IMG/VR virus record: IMGVR_UViG_3300021400_000025
Span: 86,479-150,478 of that record
Reading direction: 5' to 3' (one strand)
DNA length: 64,000 nt
Source of the DNA: a virus
Lineage: Duplodnaviria > Heunggongvirae > Uroviricota > Caudoviricetes
This document shows positions 8,901-15,509 of this stretch, piece after piece. A model generated the notes under the pieces. That model did not search any database and was not told where the DNA came from. It worked only from the letters and a program-made list of their open reading frames with translations. The position numbers were made by a program, and so were the translations under genes. Numbering within the stretch: position 1 is the first letter of the stretch; every line of letters begins with the position of its first letter.

Positions 8901-11590
8901 ACATCAGCATTCCTGATGCGCTGCGCCAGAAGATGATGGAGCTTGTGGACAACATCATGAAGTTGGACAATGGCTACTTCAGCATGGTGTATCAACAGTT
9001 CAAGCAATTCATGGATGTCCTTGTGGGTGAGTTGTCCAGGAGCATTGACATGGAACACATCAAGGATTTGTGTCGATTCAAGTTCAACAACACAGTGACT
9101 TTCAATGGAAGGACATGGAAAATGTTGAATCCCATCCCACCACCATTGAACAGTACATACAAATCCTGCTTGGACGCATTCGATCTCCATCTATGGAAGC
9201 AATTTTGCGACGACTTCATGCGGGTTGATGATTTGACAGTATACGATGATCGCGACTACAAGCATATTCTCTTACCTGACTACTATGATCAGTATCAATC
9301 AAAGATATAGGCCATGAAGAATGCCAAACTTGGCGACTTGTTCCAGCAACTGGATGAGATGGATGGCATCTATGATGAAGTGTTTAGGGATCTCGCCGAC
9401 AAGGTCAGGTTCATCAATCTTGTTCCCACCACCATCAAGGGTGGAATCAAGGGCATGTTCAACGCAGATGATCAGTGCAATGTGTTCCATTCGCAGGGAG
9501 AGACCATTGTTTGGCGCAGATTCTTCTCGTCTGAACCACAGATGAAGACCATACTGCACAACAAGATTTCCAATCCTGTGGGGAACCATGTGTTCGACCC
9601 ATAGTTCCAGATATTGGACTTTGGCATTGATGATGATGGTTGGTTGTTCAAGTTCGCCAACAGGGATTTGACGCATGACGACACGATGGCGATATCGGAT
9701 GCGTTCTGCGTCCATTGCGAGGGGGATTTGTGGCATCTGAATGTACTTGACACATATTTCAGATCCCCCACATCATATCGCATCAAGGACATCGCCTATG
9801 AGCAGAACGAAGATTGCATCTATGTTCTGTTCTCCGACGACAACCATCTATACAGGTTCGATCATCCATCCATTGGGCAGGATTCCAGGAAATGCGTTCT
9901 TCTTGTGAAGGAGTCTGCAAGCATGAAGATTGAGACGTTCTCCACTGTCCAATTGCAGGATGGCAGTCCATAGTTGGAATCCGTCTATCTGGACTATGAA
10001 GGGTCGGACAATTGGACGATTAGGTTGTACGCCAACGAGTCTGTGGAGACATGGCCCGGAAGTCCATCGTTCTCCATGTTCCAGACCTACAACAACATTT
10101 TGTTCGGGAACTCCTTGTTCAACTCAGGGCAGATGCAGTTCCACAACATATCGAAGAACAAGTAGATGGTGGACATGTTGGATGTCAATGAGGTGGATGA
10201 CCTCTACTATGGATTGTTCAAGAGCAATGTCAAAGGTGATGATGGTGGGTACACGGTGTTCAAGTCATCTGGAGATGGGCAGGGGGTCGTGAAGCGTCTT
10301 CCTTGGAAGGTCGTTGTCCCCAGCATGTTCAGGACTTGCGATCCCTTGTATTCGCTCTATGTCGTGGTCAAGGGGGATGATGGCAAGGTTCAACTGCGCG
10401 AGATTTCATGTCCTGACCAAGACATCTACGCCGACAGAGTGATTGAGGTGCAGCGGATTCTGGAGGAGAAGGATGGCGAGGAGGTGGGCGACTTGAACAT
10501 CAGCTGGCTGATGATGGACGATTTCATCTTGCGCTCTCCCCAATCTTCGTTCTTGATGCTCTCCAACAAGGGGTTGTCCAGAATCCACTATGTCTCCCGC
10601 ATGAAGCAGTTGTCCATAGATGGGCTTCCTGAGTTCAAGGATCTTCTGGCGAAGACATTGAAGGATGGCATTCTCCATAGGCACATGGAGGAGAAGCATG
10701 TCGAGGATTTGTTCAAGCAGATTGAACGCAAGGTCAATCAGCGTGAAACTGGATTCAGCGTGTTCGATTTGCTTCCGACAGAATTCCAACAGACCCAGGA
10801 CATTGGCGTGATTCCAGACTCCAAGATTGACGATGACGACGATTTCACCGATCATAGATCAGACTCCATACAAGTGTCCACCGACTTGACGATGGCAGAT
10901 GGCATGTTCGCGTCAGTCGACACCAATCCTGGGATTGTCTCTGGGGCAGTGGCCAATCCAGCCACAACATATGACAGCGACTATGTGTTCTTGAAGTCCC
11001 AGCGCAACCCCTCCATAGTGGGAACGGAGTTCTATGACTACATCACCGACACTGATGGGAACATCTTGATGGATTTGTATCAGATTCCCTTCATATACCA
11101 GGTCAACACCAACAACACATATGACCTCTACATCAACCTCCCCACAACCAGAACCAAGTATCTGAACAGAATCGCGGGGACTTTGAAGGATGACTTGACA
11201 AGCCAGGTGTTGAAGGATGATGTCCGCGCCAGATTGAACTTCAACAACGAGATGATGCCGAACAACCTTGACGAATCCACAACAAGGTTGAGGGTGTACA
11301 TCGACAGAAAATACATCTCAATAGGCAATGTCGAGTTGGTTGAGATTTCGGGCAACTCAATCCCACTTCAGATATACAGGGACAGTGGCGCGAACAATGA
11401 TCTCTACGATTCAATAGCCCTTGAAAGCAGATGGGATGGAGAGGTTGTTGAAATCAACGAGCCAAGCAAGGACATCAACAAGGTCATGTTGGAGTTCGAG
11501 TGCTATGGAACCGACTCTCAGTCAATCCACATCCAGGGCAAGACCTTGATTAACAGGGCGTTGGACGACAAGAAATACATCTTTGGCTGA
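2024..11590 (+). CDS. composite giant ORF of about 3188 codons, continuous in one frame. It contains 15 in-frame TAG codons and no TGA/TAA, and terminates at TGA 11588-11590. Putative recoded virion megaprotein
   Basis: All eleven standard-code ORFs between 2024 and 11590 share frame 2. Every junction is a TAG followed by open frame, which I verified codon by codon (TAGs at 2933, 3992, 4397, 5339, 5858, 8018, 8075, 8168, 8306, 8387, 8411, 9308, 9602, 9971, 10163). The internal 'starts' have no Shine-Dalgarno sequence. A TAA at 1985-1987 closes the frame upstream. Confidence 0.55.
2987..3994 (+). CDS. standard-code segment 2 (335 aa) of the recoded ORF
   Basis: ORF track. Same frame as segment 1. 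Ends at TAG. Confidence 0.4.
   Translation: MDEISTLVVMFSDKNGKYHYAYVNEKSYDAAYGFTPIRDLVDNTLTTNPQLVFNRVDSIKQLGDVNIAMTDYGFWDLELNQTDNITYSFRHTGKSYKACTWNGHLMTNTKIILPDNHQMMPGSKICEYDKQWTLDDSTNTHWVMDDSTKSQFVDVVRVDGEKHKFVGGLPGNFALYDVSESSPAQLLVDMDENEFKRAIFADSELAYRFTEWLYGQVVYPNKGQKYIDDIKTDAWWTGDFQTKAETKSISDVIYPLSSSSFLVGKFEDIRHMIGDEATSLQDYCKALADINATPPSSDLNWLVSDQSSLEEAIKTWFRDTDNENGFSQRHKDGFV
3998..4399 (+). CDS. standard-code segment 3 (133 aa) of the recoded ORF
   Basis: ORF track (TTG start). Same frame. Ends at TAG. Confidence 0.35.
   Translation: MMPLIQGEYPLLFTHFKQYLNDWLNETIEIQEGDSQTLTFTNVEEISRKVKDYIMSLVPVCLEMVGSDQSDLLRKNRLHQNQFMLGKSQALDIYSPMNASNEMLKAVKSTPFFMNANSYSGIIQTNGSPFKIE
4403..5341 (+). CDS. 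standard-code segment 4 (312 aa) of the recoded ORF
   Basis: ORF track (GTG start). Same frame. Ends at TAG. Confidence 0.4.
   Translation: MEYAKKSGMVDGDGNIQLNWNGIKEWLLGDEVKQDVNVLKALVKTQLYRPLFFKHDDYEHFTSDASKYWCETQKSFNDHNGVLHLVKWEKDGDDGEKWGDLDPSGSGLTSDASNMEYTEQKYNKISNVISYNVVVKDVPIVDGKFVYNDVEFYVVKDKDNNPTSVYFNEFQKEMEQYTQKIEIEDNKFKIQIKFIDPRGQLAVKDVECELIDGGTKVKLNGHEQEVHDGMFNVDGVWYVLNNEENIVKFFKVDDSLLRKLVVSQDGHVMFDRWSLDMEFGGNGGSSATVDITRHYDMPVVDVLVKEWCEYDN
5360..5860 (+). CDS. standard-code segment 5 (166 aa) of the recoded ORF
   Basis: ORF track (TTG start). Same frame. The TAG at 5858 is followed by open frame up to 5936. Confidence 0.35.
   Translation: MRTFEWWLATKINDMRIMPQYQSSVDALGNGNLYDGGLMGSHCVFSVENVVVDGYVQSRGVLTKGEGDSAVRIDLGVLYNDQMELISTRTFRGTVNDAGEIEEDPTGGFRFILDSEDSPRNICHCFWLEESRYKSTHSHQDAVADVEFILDYDQDDNGTPMEPDLS
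5936..8020 (+). CDS. standard-code segment 6 (694 aa) of the recoded ORF. It ends with a PSSSDE tandem repeat
   Basis: ORF track (GTG start). Same frame. Ends at TAG 8018. Confidence 0.4.
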   Translation: MVTLSANKRTIRFNVDVNENRVGSYIVNSRDDKVDVVVDGRRYRLDLNARTVESWTLQNVEVSTMDFSTQYTPQTLRDAMVKNIQQWMLGEIVHAMSHNNDENPTIMKLELTDKMKLWLDMFADDESVQMHLLAQPNADTQSEVKFREIFKNDWVEERNDSGQGLAWKHLKETIDGVYGDQVSLSLNTEPAMEVGYDENGVAKTFTLKVHVDVHVMQNRDLVKNTPNFNDKWMASSATLHDVVFYVEFTPKFSYQSNPLSYDVEYGIESSDSILATIDGIIFNSLGKTRTKTLEVPIRIERFSLDGMESGQSSMSDLNGLLPDQLLPKFLDSTKSRALLESVNEKIDSSASSLVVGSQVVVNAQMKDDGDIQTGHAWEIGSPIPSESSLGGLQFMEESRGRTQISGEEYQLVSSDSRLVSLDDNKVYFDVEEIDRGIIGEQGKVHVALTDEEVPDSTYLNGWFSLENINDTMYLKINAKNGGDSISLPENKGELVLHASDFPEFKQEYKWTMGDSTTSSLWQYTSELTVQDENWNFKVEKMRLENDGTGSETSSTESELVGSATRSSLSFLLLEDDQPKLDEQDDKWVGFLSEDEADSSQSGVFMGPSLTNQDDFHVKLMWEVGENVEPKYYLVNDNAPEVCDVSSEDGALLFDYELPIQVSPSSDEPSSSDEPSSSDEPSSSDEPKKYGVDGK
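7921..7992 (+). repeat. 18-nt tandem repeat ccatcatcaagtgatgaa (about 4 copies) encoding (PSSSDE)n
   Basis: Seen directly in the sequence and in the translated protein. Confidence 0.7.
8468..9310 (+). CDS. standard-code segment (280 aa) of the recoded ORF
   Basis: ORF track (GTG start). Same frame as 5936..8020. Five closely spaced TAGs (8018 to 8413) separate it from the previous segment. Confidence 0.4.
   Translation: MDRLFALKTFSGDNIIIIDSTSSSIDKIDNAFAWIPTNLKNGIKRDEYDLKMFYLNDFVPSNSSLPSLRYCPCDIVSLPPDQAPSRDGEVYGRQYTHKKDIVVEHTDIDQNDANGKFWLNLADTLKSITIIPSNDQYPDLMPESDISIPDALRQKMMELVDNIMKLDNGYFSMVYQQFKQFMDVLVGELSRSIDMEHIKDLCRFKFNNTVTFNGRTWKMLNPIPPPLNSTYKSCLDAFDLHLWKQFCDDFMRVDDLTVYDDRDYKHILLPDYYDQYQSKI
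9314..9604 (+). CDS. standard-code segment (96 aa) of the recoded ORF
   Basis: ORF track. Same frame, TAG-delimited on both sides. Confidence 0.35.
   Translation: MKNAKLGDLFQQLDEMDGIYDEVFRDLADKVRFINLVPTTIKGGIKGMFNADDQCNVFHSQGETIVWRRFFSSEPQMKTILHNKISNPVGNHVFDP
9614..9973 (+). CDS. standard-code segment (119 aa) of the recoded ORF
   Basis: ORF track (TTG start). Same frame, TAG-delimited. Confidence 0.35.
   Translation: MDFGIDDDGWLFKFANRDLTHDDTMAISDAFCVHCEGDLWHLNVLDTYFRSPTSYRIKDIAYEQNEDCIYVLFSDDNHLYRFDHPSIGQDSRKCVLLVKESASMKIETFSTVQLQDGSP
9974..10165 (+). CDS. standard-code segment (63 aa) of the recoded ORF
   Basis: ORF track. It starts on the codon right after TAG 9971 and ends at TAG 10163. 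Confidence 0.35.
   Translation: MESVYLDYEGSDNWTIRLYANESVETWPGSPSFSMFQTYNNILFGNSLFNSGQMQFHNISKNK
10166..11590 (+). CDS. terminal standard-code segment (474 aa) of the recoded ORF. Ends at TGA
   Basis: ORF track. Its ATG directly follows TAG 10163 in frame. Confidence 0.45.
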   Translation: MVDMLDVNEVDDLYYGLFKSNVKGDDGGYTVFKSSGDGQGVVKRLPWKVVVPSMFRTCDPLYSLYVVVKGDDGKVQLREISCPDQDIYADRVIEVQRILEEKDGEEVGDLNISWLMMDDFILRSPQSSFLMLSNKGLSRIHYVSRMKQLSIDGLPEFKDLLAKTLKDGILHRHMEEKHVEDLFKQIERKVNQRETGFSVFDLLPTEFQQTQDIGVIPDSKIDDDDDFTDHRSDSIQVSTDLTMADGMFASVDTNPGIVSGAVANPATTYDSDYVFLKSQRNPSIVGTEFYDYITDTDGNILMDLYQIPFIYQVNTNNTYDLYINLPTTRTKYLNRIAGTLKDDLTSQVLKDDVRARLNFNNEMMPNNLDESTTRLRVYIDRKYISIGNVELVEISGNSIPLQIYRDSGANNDLYDSIALESRWDGEVVEINEPSKDINKVMLEFECYGTDSQSIHIQGKTLINRALDDKKYIFG

Positions 11591-11622
11591 TACATGAGTC
11601 CAATTTTGTTGTATAATAATAT

Positions 11623-11874
11623 ATGATGAATGGAGAGACAAACATGGATTCAGTCGACAACGAGGTCATGGAGAGATTTGTCCCGGCTTTGCTGGAGTAC
11701 AACAATCTGCGGGATGCAGAATGGGATTTCGAGGATGCACATGGTCCGCGCGATCTATGGGATGTGGATGTGTGCGAGAAGCATGATCGTCTTCTTGACG
11801 ACATCATTGAGAGGCGCAAGGAGGTGCAGAACCTTCTGCGCGTCATCACTGGCAATCCCAATCTTGTTTTTTGA
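11623..11874 (+). CDS. hypothetical acidic protein (83 aa)
   Basis: ORF track. A ttgttgtataataatat -10-like element lies upstream. TGA stop. Confidence 0.5.
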   Translation: MMNGETNMDSVDNEVMERFVPALLEYNNLRDAEWDFEDAHGPRDLWDVDVCEKHDRLLDDIIERRKEVQNLLRVITGNPNLVF

Positions 11875-12237
11875 TTTTTTTTTTTCATGAAAAACCACAA
11901 TCTCCCAATTTTTCAATGGGGTTTGCGTATAATTGAAGGTGTTGTGTGAATGTCAGGGTTTCATCGGGTTGGATGACTGAAAAGCGAAAACTCGATTGGA
12001 AGTGGTTCGTCCATAGAAAGAGCGCATGTTTTGACTGTGGCAGTGTGTGTATGTATGTGTGTGTTCTGTTTGGCAGAGGGAAGATGCGCTTTGAACCAAA
12101 TCTTGCTTGTATGATGTATATGGGTTCTTCTTTTTCACCTTCTCCCATCAAAATATTCTTCAAAAGAAGGTGATTTTCGTCTCTTTACAATTGCGCGTTG
12201 CTGTGGTATAATTATCTTGAAGGAGAGATACAACAAG

Positions 12238-12822
12238 ATGTTCCACAGATACTATGGCGTTCCAGACGACGCGAAATACGGCGAGAAGTTCATGTCTCGT
12301 TTTCCAATCTTGTTCCAGGACAGGAAGAAGTCCATGCAGGAGACCTGCATGTGTTGGGGAATTGAATGCCCCAGGGGCTGGTGGTATATTCTGGATCAAC
12401 TATGCACGGTGCTTGAATTCCACAACATGGAGTTCGTCAAGAACCATGGAATAGCCGTAATCGCAGCACAGGTGAAGGAAAAGTTTGGAACTCTCAGGTT
12501 CTATTATGATGTACGTCCTGTTGACGAAAATGGAATTGTGAAGTATGAGCCTGATGAATTGCCTACTGACAAAGATAGAAACCGTATGATTGCGATGGAC
12601 TATCTGGGGATGCTTGCCGACCAGTACATCAGGGAAGCCGAGGACATGACTGAGAACACTTGCGCAAAGTGTGGAATTCCATTGGATAAGGACAACAAGG
12701 TTGAGACAAAGGGTTGGATTACCTATGTCTGCAAAGAGTGCGATGGAAAGCCCTATGATGACGAGGAGGATGCAGATGAAGAACCTGCAAGAGAAGCTGG
12801 CGAAGCTGAGAGAGTTTCTTGA
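12238..12822 (+). CDS. Cys-rich (zinc-ribbon-like) protein, about 194 aa
   Basis: Track ORF 12217..12822. The likely true start is the ATG at 12238, after an aaggagag SD and a tgtggtataat -10. There are CxxC...CxxC pairs. Confidence 0.55.
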   Translation: MFHRYYGVPDDAKYGEKFMSRFPILFQDRKKSMQETCMCWGIECPRGWWYILDQLCTVLEFHNMEFVKNHGIAVIAAQVKEKFGTLRFYYDVRPVDENGIVKYEPDELPTDKDRNRMIAMDYLGMLADQYIREAEDMTENTCAKCGIPLDKDNKVETKGWITYVCKECDGKPYDDEEDADEEPAREAGEAERVS

Positions 12823-13261
12823 CCTTGACGTGGAACTCAAGGAAGCCCTTGTGCCCATCATCAAAGACACCTATGACTACCATTGTGATGGGGTTGAGGG
12901 ATACGATTTCTCTGAAGATGGTAAGAGCATTGAGTGCCATTATTCCTACAGATGTCGTGGCGAGTCTGACACGGATTGGTGCAAAATTCCAATCAAGTGG
13001 CTTGAAGATGGCTATGACTACAAGGCAGACTATGAGGAAATGAGAAGGAAGTCCGAAGAGGAGAGGAAGCGCTGGGAGGAAGAGGAGAAGAAAAAGGCGC
13101 AGGAGCGAAAGGAGAAGGCTGAGTACGAAACCTACCTCAAATTGAAGGAGAAGTATGAAAATGCTGGGGACAACCACATTACGTCTGTATGGATGGAACC
13201 AGACCCCAACATGCCTAAACCCCTAATCATAGACATCGAAACTGGGAAGGAACTTTCGTGA
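12773..13261 (+). CDS. hypothetical K/E-rich coiled-coil protein
   Basis: Track ORF 12671..13261. It overlaps the previous gene, so the start is probably the ATG near 12773. TGA stop overlaps the next start (GTGATGG). Confidence 0.45.
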   Translation, partial: QMKNLQEKLAKLREFLDLDVELKEALVPIIKDTYDYHCDGVEGYDFSEDGKSIECHYSYRCRGESDTDWCKIPIKWLEDGYDYKADYEEMRRKSEEERKRWEEEEKKKAQERKEKAEYETYLKLKEKYENAGDNHITSVWMEPDPNMPKPLIIDIETGKELS

Positions 13262-13521
13262 TGGCAAAGCATGAGACTACAATATCATTGAGCGCAGCTT
13301 CCAAGAACCTAAGAATTGCGTCTGTGTTTTGCGCCATTGGTCTTGTGTTGATGGTGTGCCATGTGCCTTGGTGGGTGTGCACTGCTTTCTTCGCATTGTC
13401 TGGTGGATTTCTCTTGTCCATGCTCATGTGCGTATTGGATGTGCAAGAGTTCAAGATGAAGCAGAACCAGAAGATAATCGAATTGCTGTCTAGGATTGTA
13501 AATAAGAATAACAACAATTGA
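13258..13521 (+). CDS. small membrane protein with two predicted TM helices (holin-like topology)
   Basis: ORF track. Hydrophobic stretches VFCAIGLVLMVCHVPWWVCTAFFALSGGFLLSMLMCVL, then a charged tail. Confidence 0.45.
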   Translation: MMAKHETTISLSAASKNLRIASVFCAIGLVLMVCHVPWWVCTAFFALSGGFLLSMLMCVLDVQEFKMKQNQKIIELLSRIVNKNNNN

Positions 13522-13537
13522 CAACAAGAGGCTTATT

Positions 13538-13819
13538 ATGATGAAAGAAAGAACGATGAAAAGCAAGAGAATGATGCGAAATGTGTATGTTCTGGTGATT
13601 GATTCTAACAGCAGTGGTTCTGCCGAGGACATTTCCACAATCGTTTCAACCAGTGTTGATTCATTGATTGACTATGTCATCAACGAGGAACTGCCTGAGC
13701 AAGGTTATTCTCCTGAGGACATTGAGGAGATGGGCGCTGAGCTGGAACTTTCTGAACATTTGTATTGGGAAGATCCAGAGGGCATTAGGTATATCATCAA
13801 CGAATCGAAGATGATTTGA
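13538..13819 (+). CDS. hypothetical acidic protein (93 aa)
   Basis: ORF track. Confidence 0.45.
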   Translation: MMKERTMKSKRMMRNVYVLVIDSNSSGSAEDISTIVSTSVDSLIDYVINEELPEQGYSPEDIEEMGAELELSEHLYWEDPEGIRYIINESKMI

Positions 13820-13886
13820 CGACATTCATCAGAGTTCAAGATTCAGGTTCGGACTTCGGTTCGGACCTTTTCTTTTGTCGTTGAAT

Positions 13887-13897
13887 AATGGTAAATA
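13887..13897 (+). promoter_or_regulatory. late-promoter-like motif AATGGTAAATA, 28 nt upstream of ATG 13926
   Basis: Same motif as at 1980, 60071 and 61917. Confidence 0.4.
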
Positions 13898-13925
13898 CGC
13901 ATACAAAGACGAAAGGTGATTTGCC

Positions 13926-15509
13926 ATGAAGAACGAACTTGATTGCATATTGAAGAACGAGATTCTGGAGGGATGCATGGATTCCCTGTTGGAATTCTCC
14001 GAATCTGGCGATGGCTCTGCGGTGAAGGTGTATGGTAAGATTGCGGGATTGCCTTGCATTGGCAGGACATATTTCACCACGCAGAAGGAGTTGGATGTGA
14101 CGAACGAGGATGCCCAGACATAGATGATGCAGAAATATGGGGCGGAGACCTATGGCTCCTCTGCGCAATTGAGGCAATAGAGCGCAGATAGATAGAAGGG
14201 GACAGGAACTGAGACGGGGATTGGGTCTGTCGTGGACAGCAAAGACTCCTTGATAGATTGCTCGTTCAAGCCATTGATGAAGCTTCCTGTGAAGTTCCGC
14301 GAATCCATCTGGGGTGGGAATCCAGGCAAGGATTTTCAGGACAAGTGGCAGAAACTGGTTGAGTTGATACAGGGGAAAAGCAAAGACGAAAACTGGGCGA
14401 AGAGCAACCCCAAGATGAAGGAATTGGTTGGGAAGAGGTTTTCGCCTGGTTCTGGGGTTGATAGTCTGGACAACACCAAGCCGTGGAGCGAAGTGCAGAC
14501 CATATTCAACGACAAGGATGTCCAGGCGATGTTGAATCGGGAAAAAGATTTGAACAAGAAGTGGACTGAAGTCCGCAATGCGTGGAATGAGTGGAGTGAA
14601 TCTTCGGGTGGTGGCTCATCTGGCTCTTCTTCTGGTGGAAAGGGAGGTGGTTCTGATTCATCGAAATCGGGTTCTTCTGAATGGGATCCCAGATAGACAT
14701 ACAGGATAGACATCACCACGAAATTCGACAAGAACTGGTTTCAGCGAAAGTTCAAGAGTGGCATGCTCAACAAGATGATAATGGGTTTGAAGACGATGGC
14801 CATGGCGAATCTGGCAAGCGACAGCAAGAACGATAAGAAGGGTTACAAGTACACCGGAAACGAGATGCTTTCCCAGGACGAGCGGAAATTGGACAAAATC
14901 CAGTGGAATATGACGAACAAGGTGGCGAAGGACTACATCACTTATCTTCTTGGGTGGAGCAGAAAGAAGGAGTATTACATGGACGGTTCCCAGCCCAAGG
15001 CTGCATCCACTGCGGATCTTCGAGTTGATGCTGGCGTGGGGAAGAAGTTCGCAGACAAGGCGTTGAGCAATAGAGGCATATTGGGAAGGTTGAGATAGAA
15101 GCTGTTTTCTGGTGGTCAGTCCAACAATGTGGTTTCTGTGGCGTTTCAGTTGGCTGATTGGCGCGATGGATGGAAACTGGTGGAGGAGGATAAGAAGAAG
15201 GGTGGTGAGGAAGGATCTTCTGGTAGGGAGGATGGCGGAAAAGAGGGAGGTGGCTCTGCTGGCTCCGGTGGAAAAGATGGTGGTTCGTCTGGCTCAGGAT
15301 CAACTGGAGTGGGTGGAGGTGGATCGTCTGGGGCTGCAGGCTTGGGCGAGAAGGACATGGACAGTCTAATGACGCTTCTTCAACGGGTCAGGAATGTGGA
15401 GAAGGAGGTATATGGAAAGCAGATGGATGAATCCACATCCAAGGACAACAATGTGGACGGACTTGTGGATGAAGTTCTAATGGCGTACATAGGAGAGAGC
15501 AATGGCTAA
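13926..15509 (+). CDS. composite recoded ORF of about 527 codons with 5 in-frame TAGs (14121, 14178, 14193, 14694, 15096). Gly/Ser-rich linkers. Ends at TAA
   Basis: Track ORFs 13926..14123, 14232..14696, 14763..15098 and 15129..15509 are all in frame 0. Only TAG codons lie between them (verified). A TGA at 13917 closes the frame upstream. Confidence 0.5.

Noticed and set aside
2024-11590. Eleven independent same-frame genes with TAG stops (the standard-code interpretation)
   Set aside because: Ten successive same-frame junctions and exclusive TAG usage are too improbable. The internal ATG/GTG/TTG 'starts' lack SD. The frame is open across every junction.
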